Shown here: one piece after another, positions 8,297 to 17,475 of the stretch
Numbering within the stretch: position 1 is the stretch's first letter
Layout: each line of letters begins with the position of its first letter
From: Sedimentisphaeraceae bacterium JB056
GTDB lineage: Bacteria; Planctomycetota; Phycisphaerae; Sedimentisphaerales; Sedimentisphaeraceae
Direction: 5' to 3'
Length of the DNA: 64,000 bases
Assembly: GCA_044440125.1 (NCBI GenBank)
Contig: JBITAJ010000009.1
Location: forward strand, 1 to 64,000
Notes under the pieces: generated by a model
What the model was told of the DNA's origin: nothing
Database searches by the model: none
The model's input: only the letters and a program-made list of their open reading frames with translations
Program-made: the position numbers and the translations under genes

Positions 8297-10556
8297 GTTT
8301 TTCGAGCGAAAAGAACAGCTTAAGTATAATGATATCCTGAATCTTATGGGTAAATCAAAGATCGGAAAGCGTATCGGTCTGACCTTTCTCATCATAATCA
8401 TTCTGTCCGGCCTGCTTGGGTTTATAGCAATCAAAGATTTCAAGAATTCCTCAATAATCATAAATGAAGTTTATGACCACCCTTTCATCGTCAGCAATAA
8501 CTGCAACAGTATAAATTATAACATAATTGAAATACAAGGCTCTTTGAAATATCTGTTATTGTCTAAAGATGTTAATCGCGAGAAGAATATATTAGAAAAA
8601 ATAAGCCGTTGCGAAGAAGACATAGAAGCTCAATACCAAATTGTTTTCGAACGGTTTCTTGGCGAAAAACAGCAAATTAATGAGGCATACCTATTATACA
8701 AAAACTGGAAACCTATAAGAGAAGAGTTTCTGAGGCTTATAGAAGAAAATAACAATGAGACCGCTGCTGAGATACTGATTAATGAAAGCCGTAAACATAT
8801 TGATGTCCTGATCGGCAAGAACAAGGCAATCATAGAATACGCTTATTCAAAAGCTGACTCATTCTTAAAGCGTTCAGAAAAAAACCGTATTTTTTCATAC
8901 AGATCCGTAAGCATACTTGTTATTTTAGTCATTTTTGTATCTATATCTTTAGCGATTTTAACAACGAAGAGCATAACAATACCGCTAAGAAGATTTCTTG
9001 AAGCAGTTATTTCCGTTTCACATGGCAATCTGGATGTTCATACACAAATTAGAAGAAATGATGAGATAGGCGTTTTATCAAAAGCTTTTGATCAGATGTG
9101 TAAGGACCTTAAAAGCTCTACTGTTTCTATTACTCAACTGGAAACTGTGAACCAGCAACTTGCCGCAAGTGAGCAGCAGCTCAAGGCTGTAAATCAGCAA
9201 CTGATGGCAAATGAGCAGCAATTGCGAGCTGCAAACCAACAACTTGTAGCAGATGAGCAACAACTCAAAGCAGCAAACCAGCAACTGACAGCAAGTGAAA
9301 AGCAACTCAGACATCTAAACGAACAGATGCGTCAAAACGAGAAAAATCTCATAATAGCAAAAGAGAAAACTGAAAAGCTTAATAAAGAGCTTACACTTGA
9401 AAAACTCTACGCTATCGAAATGCAGTCTAAGGCTGAAGCTGCAAACATGGCCAAAAGCGAGTTTTTAGCGAATATGAGCCATGAGATCCGAACTCCTATG
9501 AATGCAATAATAGGTCTGACTGAACTGATGGCAGATGAGCAGCTTGAAGAAAGACACAAGGAAACTCTTAATGTAATCTCTGAATGCAGCCATAATCTTC
9601 TTAGTCTCATAAATGACATATTGGATTTCTCTAAAATAGAAGCCGGAGAGCTCGGTATAGACAAAATAGACTTCTCAATGCAAAGCTTCCTTGCATCAAT
9701 TAAAAATATAGCCTGCCCCAAAGCCCAAAGCAAAAATATCAAGTTTGAAATAATTAATGAAGTACAGTTGCCGCAAGCAATAAACACTGACCCCGATCGC
9801 CTTAAACAATGTTTAATCAACCTTACTGATAATGCAATAAAATTCACCTCTAATGGGTGCGTGAATCTGTACGTATCAACAATCAAAAAGGACAATAAAA
9901 ACTTTTTAAGATTCAGGGTAGAAGATACAGGTATAGGGATTCCTAAAGCAAAGCAGGATATTATATTTGAATCTTTCAAGCAAGCTGACGGCAGTACTAC
10001 CCGTAAATACGGAGGCACAGGCCTTGGCCTTACTATAACCAAGAAGATAACAAATCTTTTAGGCGGCACGATAGATCTGGAGAGTAAGGAAGGTAAAGGA
10101 TCTAAATTCACACTGTTAATACCATTCGGTTCTGTATCAAATGCAATATCTTCAAAATTTACAGATCAGGCAATAGATACTGTAAAATTCAACGGCAAAG
10201 CACTATTGGCAGAAGACACAATCACAAACCAGCTCGTAATGCATCGTCTGCTTGAAAAATTTGGACTGAATGTATACGTTGCAAATGACGGCTTGGAGGC
10301 CTTTAATTCTGCATTAGAAAATAATTTTGATATAATCTTCATGGATATGCAAATGCCGAACATGAACGGCTATGAGGCAACACAGAAAATCAAATCCAGC
10401 GGCATCAAAAACCCCATCATAGCCGTAACTGCAAATGCTATGGAAGGTGACGAAAGAGCCTGCATTGAGGCTGGCTGCGATGACTATATATCAAAACCAG
10501 TCAACAAAAACAAGCTTAAACATATCCTTGAAAGATATATTGCAAACAAACAATGA
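8259..10556 (+). CDS. Hybrid sensor histidine kinase: TM-4HB(MCP-like)-TM-HAMP-Gln-rich heptads-HisKA-HATPase-REC (true start possibly ATG 8346)
   Basis: HAMP (NDEIGVLSKAFDQM), H-box FLANMSHEIRTPMN, DTGIGI, GTGLGL, REC DIIFMDMQMP. Confidence 0.95.
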   Translation: MKMKKPYTKKIFKFFERKEQLKYNDILNLMGKSKIGKRIGLTFLIIIILSGLLGFIAIKDFKNSSIIINEVYDHPFIVSNNCNSINYNIIEIQGSLKYLLLSKDVNREKNILEKISRCEEDIEAQYQIVFERFLGEKQQINEAYLLYKNWKPIREEFLRLIEENNNETAAEILINESRKHIDVLIGKNKAIIEYAYSKADSFLKRSEKNRIFSYRSVSILVILVIFVSISLAILTTKSITIPLRRFLEAVISVSHGNLDVHTQIRRNDEIGVLSKAFDQMCKDLKSSTVSITQLETVNQQLAASEQQLKAVNQQLMANEQQLRAANQQLVADEQQLKAANQQLTASEKQLRHLNEQMRQNEKNLIIAKEKTEKLNKELTLEKLYAIEMQSKAEAANMAKSEFLANMSHEIRTPMNAIIGLTELMADEQLEERHKETLNVISECSHNLLSLINDILDFSKIEAGELGIDKIDFSMQSFLASIKNIACPKAQSKNIKFEIINEVQLPQAINTDPDRLKQCLINLTDNAIKFTSNGCVNLYVSTIKKDNKNFLRFRVEDTGIGIPKAKQDIIFESFKQADGSTTRKYGGTGLGLTITKKITNLLGGTIDLESKEGKGSKFTLLIPFGSVSNAISSKFTDQAIDTVKFNGKALLAEDTITNQLVMHRLLEKFGLNVYVANDGLEAFNSALENNFDIIFMDMQMPNMNGYEATQKIKSSGIKNPIIAVTANAMEGDERACIEAGCDDYISKPVNKNKLKHILERYIANKQ
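9144..9317 (+). repeat. Coding 21/42-bp repeat array (NQQLxA[SND]EQQL[KR]A)
   Basis: TVNQQLA ASEQQLK AVNQQLM ANEQQLR AANQQLV ADEQQLK AANQQLT ASEKQLR. Confidence 0.95.
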
Positions 10557-10686
10557 CCACACAGTCTATTTAAAAGACTTCTCTAAAATACAAGATTTTT
10601 TCAAAAAAACAGCACTTTGGGTTGTTGAATCATGCTTTTTATGTAAAATCATCCATTAAACACAGATCTTAAATTTAGTTAATGAT

Positions 10687-12324
10687 ATGGATAATATAAT
10701 GACAGTAACAAGATTCGCCCCTTCACCAACGGGATATTTACATATTGGTGGAGCACGTACCGCTCTGTTCAATTGGCTCTTAGCACGCAAAAGCGGCGGT
10801 AAGTTTCTTCTTAGAATAGAAGATACCGACCAGAAGCGTAACACACCCACTGCTATGAAACAGGTTATGGAAGATCTCAAGTGGCTTGGCATAACATGGG
10901 ATGAAGGCCCTGAGACAGGCGGCCCCAACGGCCCTTATCTTCAGTCGGAAAGGCGTGATATCTATGACCGTTATATGCAAAAGCTCCTCGATGAAGGCAA
11001 GGCTTACTACTGCTTCGACACGCCTGAAGAGCTGGCTGCTATGCGTCAGGACGCCGAAGGCAAACAAAGCGGCTTCATATACCGAAGGCCCGAAACCCTT
11101 CCAACTGCAGCCGATGTTGAAAAAGCAAAAGCCGAAGGCAAGCCGGTTACTGTTCGATTTGCGGTTCCTCAAGACAAACCTATAATTGTCAAAGATATCG
11201 TTCGCGGTGAGGTTAAATTTGCTCCTGAGGAAATTGCTGACTTTATCATACAAAAATCTGACGGCTTTCCAACATATCATTTTGCAGTAGTTGTTGACGA
11301 TGCTTTAATGGGAATAACTCATGTAATGCGAGGCCAAGAGCATCTAATGAACACTCCAGGCCATATTGCTCTCCAGCAGGCTTTAGGATTTGACACGCCT
11401 GTATACGCTCATATGTCGATAACTGTAAGTGATAACGGCGGCAAGCTGTCTAAACGTGAACGCCCCAACACTCTTCGCAAAGCAATAAGACAGCTTGCAG
11501 ATGCAAATATGGAGGAAATCGCAAAGGCCGGTGGAATCAGCGAAGAAGACCTTCAGTCATTCATGAAGAAAAAGACAACACCGGACGAAACCGCCATAGA
11601 AAAAATGGCTGATTTTATCGGGATAACTCTACCGGAAATCAATGTTGTAGATTTTGCCAAGAGCGGCTATATTCCGGAAGCACTTGTTAACTTCACCGCA
11701 CTTTTAGGCTGGAATCCGGGTGACGACAGGGAAATAATGAGTGTTGATGAGCTTATAGAAGCATTCGATGTTAACAGACTCAACAAAGCAAACAGCTTTT
11801 TCGATAGAAACAAACTTATCTCTTTTAATACAGAACACATTAACAAAACCGATGTCAATATACTCCTCAGGCATTTCAAGCACTATCTTGAGCTCAACAA
11901 CAGTCCGATGCTAAGTGCTGATGATGATTTGCTTGCACGATTAATAAATATGAATCGTGGAGCCAAAACATTCGTAGACATCGAAAATAAATGTAAACTG
12001 TTCTTCATTAGTTGCGAGCAGATAGAATACGATAATAAAGCCGTAAAGAAAGTTTTCTTGAAAAATGAAGGCCAGGGAATTGAAATGCTCAAATTCCTCA
12101 AGCCTAATCTTGAGAATCTCGAGGACTTTAGCGGCGAGTCAATAGAAGCACTTCTGAGAAAACTTGCCGAAGAGAAAGAAACAGGACTTGGCAATATAGC
12201 TCAGCCAATACGTGTTGCTGTAAGCGGCACAACAATTAGTCCTGCTATATTTGATTCAATCAGTATTCTTGGAAAAGAAGAGACGATAGCCAGAATCGAT
12301 AAGGCTATATCAACCTTCTCCTAA
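10687..12324 (+). CDS. gltX: Glutamate--tRNA ligase
   Basis: RFAPSPTGYLHIGG, LRIEDTD, PTYHFAVVVDD, KLSKR, LLGW. Confidence 0.97.
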   Translation: MDNIMTVTRFAPSPTGYLHIGGARTALFNWLLARKSGGKFLLRIEDTDQKRNTPTAMKQVMEDLKWLGITWDEGPETGGPNGPYLQSERRDIYDRYMQKLLDEGKAYYCFDTPEELAAMRQDAEGKQSGFIYRRPETLPTAADVEKAKAEGKPVTVRFAVPQDKPIIVKDIVRGEVKFAPEEIADFIIQKSDGFPTYHFAVVVDDALMGITHVMRGQEHLMNTPGHIALQQALGFDTPVYAHMSITVSDNGGKLSKRERPNTLRKAIRQLADANMEEIAKAGGISEEDLQSFMKKKTTPDETAIEKMADFIGITLPEINVVDFAKSGYIPEALVNFTALLGWNPGDDREIMSVDELIEAFDVNRLNKANSFFDRNKLISFNTEHINKTDVNILLRHFKHYLELNNSPMLSADDDLLARLINMNRGAKTFVDIENKCKLFFISCEQIEYDNKAVKKVFLKNEGQGIEMLKFLKPNLENLEDFSGESIEALLRKLAEEKETGLGNIAQPIRVAVSGTTISPAIFDSISILGKEETIARIDKAISTFS

Positions 12325-12346
12325 AAATAAAAAATATGCAGAACTT

Positions 12347-12386
12347 AAAACGGGCAGGTGTTCTAATAACACCTGCCCGTTTTTTT
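12347..12386. terminator. Bidirectional terminator between convergent genes
   Basis: AAAACGGGCAGGTGTT/AACACCTGCCCGTTTT perfect stem. Confidence 0.9.
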
Positions 12387-12421
12387 ATTTTTGTATTCAG
12401 TCAGAAAATCAGTATAAACTT

Positions 12422-13441
12422 TTATGGAGCAAGAAATACATCATCTTCATCAGACGGTCTTTCGCTGCCTTTATAGCTATTAGTTCCCCTGACTGTGTAA
12501 ATATCATCACCTTCGTGGTTTCTTCCACGATTAAAGCTAACACTATTATCAGCAAAGATAACATTCTGACCTCTGCCTAAATGATTAATACTGCTTGCTG
12601 ACCTTAACTGATCGTTAAGTTCAAAACCTTTGAAAAAGGTATATTTATCCATACAGTTTTCTTCAAAGAGAGGATTTGAGTCGGCAGCAAGCACACTTCT
12701 GCCCATGCTGTTTACTCTGACAGGGTTTCCATCAATAATCCTAAAACTGTAATTTACAAAGTCTTTGCTTGGAAAATCCCTTTTAAAATCACAAACGTTA
12801 ACGGTTTTAAGCCTTTTATCTGTTATCATAGGTCTGGCAGGACAGGAAAAATCGTTAACGTCTGAATAACCTTCACGAACAAGCAACCAGAGATTGCGCG
12901 TGTTCGAATGGTCACTCTCATTTTGTGAGCCAACTTTCCACCACGATGAGCTGTTATCAGCCGCCACACTTGGCAGCATTCCCGCATTATCGGCAGCATA
13001 ATTGGATATAGAAGCACCAATACTTGCAAGATTTTGCTGGCAAACTTTATTAAGAGCCATAAATCTCATCTTTTTGGTCACAGGCACATAAGTCGCCGTA
13101 ATACCAATAACGATTGCAATAACAGCCGCTAATTTAGATATTTTACCTATGAATACATAATTTCGGCGTGATTTTGACTCGTACTCATTTTTCAACAAGC
13201 TCTCGAGGTTCCTTTGGCTACTGCTCTTCTCCTCAAACCGCTCAAACATCCTTGCAACTAAATCATCAGGACATTTTTCTTCAGGCATAGAATTAAGCAT
13301 GCCGACCGTTCTTTTCAATCCGTTGTAAAGCCTTGAACAATCCTGATCTTCATTGATTGCTTTTTTAACCTCAGATACATCATTTTTTTCACAAAGGCCA
13401 AAAAAGTAATCAATTACCAGATTTTTAATTTCGTTTGACAA
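12422..13441 (-). CDS. Putative anti-sigma factor with TM helix and DUF1559/H-X9-DG-like periplasmic domain
   Basis: Directly downstream of ECF sigma. Cytoplasmic N-terminus, TM, CQQNLASIGASISNYAADNAGMLP, NHLGRGQNVIFADNSV. TTG start. Confidence 0.75.
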   Translation of the reverse strand: MSNEIKNLVIDYFFGLCEKNDVSEVKKAINEDQDCSRLYNGLKRTVGMLNSMPEEKCPDDLVARMFERFEEKSSSQRNLESLLKNEYESKSRRNYVFIGKISKLAAVIAIVIGITATYVPVTKKMRFMALNKVCQQNLASIGASISNYAADNAGMLPSVAADNSSSWWKVGSQNESDHSNTRNLWLLVREGYSDVNDFSCPARPMITDKRLKTVNVCDFKRDFPSKDFVNYSFRIIDGNPVRVNSMGRSVLAADSNPLFEENCMDKYTFFKGFELNDQLRSASSINHLGRGQNVIFADNSVSFNRGRNHEGDDIYTVRGTNSYKGSERPSDEDDVFLAP

Positions 13442-13447
13442 AAGCTT

Positions 13448-14053
13448 TTACCTTTCAACTTCGTTATTCATCTGTTTCCATTTTTTAGCAAAATGGCTGA
13501 CTGCTGAATGCAGTCTACTTTTTACCGTACCTATAGGAATACTCAAAATGTCGGCCATTTGTTTGTAAGAAAATTGCTCAAAATACGCTAAAATCAAAAT
13601 TTCTCGTAAATTTTCGGGCATTTCGTCAATTACTTGCCTTACATTGGCCTTAGTTTCAGCCTGAATTGTCATATCATCAGGGGTATCACTGTCAGAGGCC
13701 AGGCTATTGAATATGTCATCAACACTTGCCTCAGTAGCATCAGCTATCACACCTACCGAGACACTGTTGTCTCTCTTCTTTTTTCTTAGAAGATCTTTGG
13801 CCTTATTCGCAGCTATGGTAAAAAGCCATGGTTTTATGGGTCTGTCAATGTCAAAAGTTTTCCTGCTCATGTAAAGCTGGAGGAATGTCTCTTGAAACAC
13901 ATCTTCTACGAGATCCATCTGACCTACAAACCGCTTTATGAAGCCGTAAAGACCATCTTTGTTCTGTCTTACGATCTCCTTGAACGCAGCTTCATCCCCC
14001 GAACAAAATCGTCGGAGCAACTCCTTGTCATTAGTTGTCGATTTTTCAGCCAT
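13448..14053 (-). CDS. ECF RNA polymerase sigma-70 factor
   Basis: VEDVFQETFL, WLFTIAANKAKD (region 2); SYKQMADILSIPIGTVKSRL (region 4). Confidence 0.95.
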   Translation of the reverse strand: MAEKSTTNDKELLRRFCSGDEAAFKEIVRQNKDGLYGFIKRFVGQMDLVEDVFQETFLQLYMSRKTFDIDRPIKPWLFTIAANKAKDLLRKKKRDNSVSVGVIADATEASVDDIFNSLASDSDTPDDMTIQAETKANVRQVIDEMPENLREILILAYFEQFSYKQMADILSIPIGTVKSRLHSAVSHFAKKWKQMNNEVER

Positions 14054-14206
14054 TAAATTCTCTTAAGTTAGTTCCAATCCTGCGGTCATTATAGGTAAAA
14101 TGATCAAATTTGCAAAAATTATTTGCATAAGCTGTTGAAAAATTGATATTATTAGGCTTTATGCAAGATTGTAAATCATAACAAAGTTTAAATCACAGAG
14201 TCAATA

Positions 14207-14944
14207 ATGAATATAGCTGTAATTATATGCGCGGCCGGGTCAAGTACCAGATTCGGCGGAAAGACGAAAAAAATCTTTGAAAAAGTTTGTGAAACTCCTG
14301 TATTTCTACGAAGCATTAATGTTTTTTCAGACATAGATGATGTTAAACAGATAATTCTCGCCATTTCTCCTGAAGATGAAGAGAAGATACGCATGAACTG
14401 GGAAGCCAATCTTGCTTTTGATGGTGTCGAACTATGCCATGGGGGCAGCCACAGAGGTGAAACTGTCGAAAAAGCCCTCGCCAATGTTAGAGATGAAATA
14501 GATTTAGTAGCGGTCCATGATGCTGCAAGATGTTGCGTTACAAAGGAATGGGTTCTTGAGGCCTTTGAAAAATGCAGCAAAAGCGGAGCTGTAGCACTGG
14601 CATGCCCTGTTGTTTCTACAATCAAAAAAGTAGTTGATGGTCAAATAGCCGAAACTGTTGATAGAATTAACCTATACGAAGCACAGACCCCCCAGGTTTT
14701 TAACCGGACTTTACTTATAGATGCATACGAAAACATCGCTAAATCAGATATTGATGCCAAAACTATAACCGATGACTGCTCTGTTGTCGAAAAATTCGGC
14801 CACGCCATAAGTATCGTAGAAACAGATAGTTCCAACATTAAAATAACAAAAAAAGACGACATATCAATAGCTGAAGCAATTCTGAAATCAAGGACAAAAA
14901 CAGAGCCCAAAGCATTCCATCCATTTGCAGACGACAAATGGTAA
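14207..14944 (+). CDS. ispD: 2-C-methyl-D-erythritol 4-phosphate cytidylyltransferase
   Basis: AAGSSTRFG, VHDAAR, AQTPQVF, TDD, NIKIT. Confidence 0.95.
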   Translation: MNIAVIICAAGSSTRFGGKTKKIFEKVCETPVFLRSINVFSDIDDVKQIILAISPEDEEKIRMNWEANLAFDGVELCHGGSHRGETVEKALANVRDEIDLVAVHDAARCCVTKEWVLEAFEKCSKSGAVALACPVVSTIKKVVDGQIAETVDRINLYEAQTPQVFNRTLLIDAYENIAKSDIDAKTITDDCSVVEKFGHAISIVETDSSNIKITKKDDISIAEAILKSRTKTEPKAFHPFADDKW

Positions 14945-15411
14945 TAACATAGAACAGAGAATTCACTGGTTTTAACGCAAAACAGTATTGATTTAATAAT
15001 ATTTTTATGTTAAAATCTTCAGCAAATCAAAGTCGGGTTGATTAGTGTATCTTTGATTTATTGGATAATAGGAAAATAGTTGTACTGTAAATACTCAATC
15101 ACAATTTATTGCAGTTTGAAGGTATAAAATAGGGTTGCTGTATTAGACGAAATTCTAAATTGATGTAAGAAAAGCGTCTATACTATCATAAACATCACTT
15201 TATGACTTGAATAATATCAAGCAACTTTCAATTAAGGGGGATCATTTAGTTGATCTTAAAGTATTGGCAGCAATATATCGCGATGTATGTGAAATTACTG
15301 CGTAGTATTCCACATTATTATTTTAAATAACGTGACTGACAAATTGAGGCTGTAAGAATAATTGTTTTTCATGTTGGAGTTTACTGTTACTTACATTGGA
15401 GATACTAAAAT

Positions 15412-17445
15412 ATGGTACTAATTGCCTTAAGTTCTTTTTCCGGCAGCCATTTAGCCTCTATCGCCGATGGCAAATCATACTCAATGTATATAGTTGCGTT
15501 ATTTGCATTGACAATACTTTTCTCTTTAATGGTCAAAATCCAAAATCGCCGTACAGGTTTTGAGAAAAACCGTTACAAATCTATACTGAAAAGCATTGGT
15601 GATGCTGTTATAACCACTGATTCTAAAGGTATTATTGACAATATCAATTCTATCGCGGAAAATTTAACAGGCTGGGACTCAGAATCTGCTTACGGCAGAC
15701 ACGTCAGTGAAATATTCAAAATAACGGATGAAAGCAAGACTGTAATAGCAGACCCGATAACAGAAATTCTTAACAAAAAGAAGTGGACAAGACTCAATGA
15801 AGCCACATTGAACTCTAAAAATGGAGTTTCATACAAAATTTCAATAGATGCTTCTCCAATATTTTATGAACACAGCACTAAGGCTCAGGGCGCGGTTCTG
15901 ATATTTCATGATGTAACGGATGTCTATGAAAGAAAACAGCAGCTTAAAGCTATGTTAGAGGCGATACCTGATATAATCATACATGAAGATATTGATGGAA
16001 ATTGTTATCGAATCCACTTTCCGAAACACACAAAAGGACAATGCTGCGACATTGAAAAATGCAATTCACTTAAAGTTTTACCCCAGAAACGCCCTGCTTC
16101 TCACCTTAAACATCTCAAGAGAGCAATCGAAACCGGAGAACCTCAGGTATATCAGCACTCTACAATAAAGAATAACGCTAAGTGTTGGGAAGAAGTAAGA
16201 ATAGCGCCGATCAACCAAAAAGAAGTGATCGTAATGATTCGCGACATATCCAAAGTCAAAGAATACGAACTTGAGCTGATCAAGGCGCGGGAAATCGCAG
16301 AGAATGCAAATAATACAAAAAGCGACTTTCTTGCCCATATAACCCATGAATTACGAACGCCTATGGGTGGAATACTTGGAACCTCCGAGCTTCTTTCAGA
16401 CACCAACCTGGATGTCAGACAAAAAGAGTACGTTAACATGATAAATGAATCTGGCAAATCCTTACTTACCATAGTCAACGACCTGTTGGATATTTCAAAA
16501 ATAGAAGCAGGAAAGATGCAGATTCGTCCCGAAAAATTCAATATCAGTAAAATGCTCTCGCATCTTGAGTCTGTAACAAAAGGTCTTATAAAAGGTAAAA
16601 ACGTCGAACTGATAACAGACTACAGAATCAAAGATAATCAGATAGTTGAAACCGATAAAATCCGTCTGGCACAAATACTTACTAATCTTATCGGCAATGC
16701 AGTTAAATTCACAGAAATAGGTTCTGTCACACTTAGGGTCTGCGAAACTGAAAATCCAAACAAAAATAACAAATCAACATTCACTTTCGAAGTTATTGAT
16801 ACAGGCATAGGCATACCACAAGAATTACAAAATAAGATATTTGAAAAATTTGAACAAGTGGACAGCAGCTCGCACAGAAAATATAAAGGAACAGGTCTGG
16901 GACTCAGTATTTCAATGTCACTTTCACGCCTGTTAGGCGGTAATCTGGATCTGAAAAGCGAAATCAATAAAGGAAGCACATTCAGGCTGACCTTGGAATT
17001 ACCGGTAAGCCGCACAATAGAATCATTAAAAATCAAGAGGACCCCACAAAAGAAATTGAATATAGCAGTAGCTGATGATAACCATATAAACAGATTGCTC
17101 ATCACAGACTTCATAAGCAAGCTCAATCACAATGTCACAGTTACTCAAGACGGTAAAGAATTAGTAGAAAATCTCGACAAAAACAACTTTGATCTGATCC
17201 TTATGGATATAAATATGCCGGTAATGGACGGGTTCGAAGCTGCCAGTATAATACGTAATTGTGACAAAAAATATTCGCACATTCCAATAATAGGGTTGAC
17301 CGCCGATGCTCTTTCTGATATTAAAGATAGATGTATTGAATCCGGCATGAACGGCTGCTTAGCAAAACCGTTCACTTTTTTAGAGCTGAAGAATACTATC
17401 GAGGATTCTGTCAGCGGTTGCCAAAGACCCGACCAGTCAACATAA
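15412..17445 (+). CDS. PAS-PAS hybrid sensor histidine kinase/response regulator
   Basis: SIGDAVITTD PAS, FLAHITHELRTPM, NLIGNAVKFT, GTGLGL, DLILMDINMP. Confidence 0.93.
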   Translation: MVLIALSSFSGSHLASIADGKSYSMYIVALFALTILFSLMVKIQNRRTGFEKNRYKSILKSIGDAVITTDSKGIIDNINSIAENLTGWDSESAYGRHVSEIFKITDESKTVIADPITEILNKKKWTRLNEATLNSKNGVSYKISIDASPIFYEHSTKAQGAVLIFHDVTDVYERKQQLKAMLEAIPDIIIHEDIDGNCYRIHFPKHTKGQCCDIEKCNSLKVLPQKRPASHLKHLKRAIETGEPQVYQHSTIKNNAKCWEEVRIAPINQKEVIVMIRDISKVKEYELELIKAREIAENANNTKSDFLAHITHELRTPMGGILGTSELLSDTNLDVRQKEYVNMINESGKSLLTIVNDLLDISKIEAGKMQIRPEKFNISKMLSHLESVTKGLIKGKNVELITDYRIKDNQIVETDKIRLAQILTNLIGNAVKFTEIGSVTLRVCETENPNKNNKSTFTFEVIDTGIGIPQELQNKIFEKFEQVDSSSHRKYKGTGLGLSISMSLSRLLGGNLDLKSEINKGSTFRLTLELPVSRTIESLKIKRTPQKKLNIAVADDNHINRLLITDFISKLNHNVTVTQDGKELVENLDKNNFDLILMDINMPVMDGFEAASIIRNCDKKYSHIPIIGLTADALSDIKDRCIESGMNGCLAKPFTFLELKNTIEDSVSGCQRPDQST

Positions 17446-17475
17446 ACCGTTGACTGTTAAAGATATACGAAAGGA

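Noticed and set aside
8259..12324. Functional link between the Gln-rich kinase and adjacent gltX (Gln/Glu mischarging sensor)
   Set aside because: Only adjacency supports it; a 130-bp gap with promoter-like sequence separates them.
14945..15411. Possible sRNA in a 470-bp AT-rich gap
   Set aside because: Only one weak hairpin (AAATCAAAG/CTTTGATTT) and no terminator or known motif.
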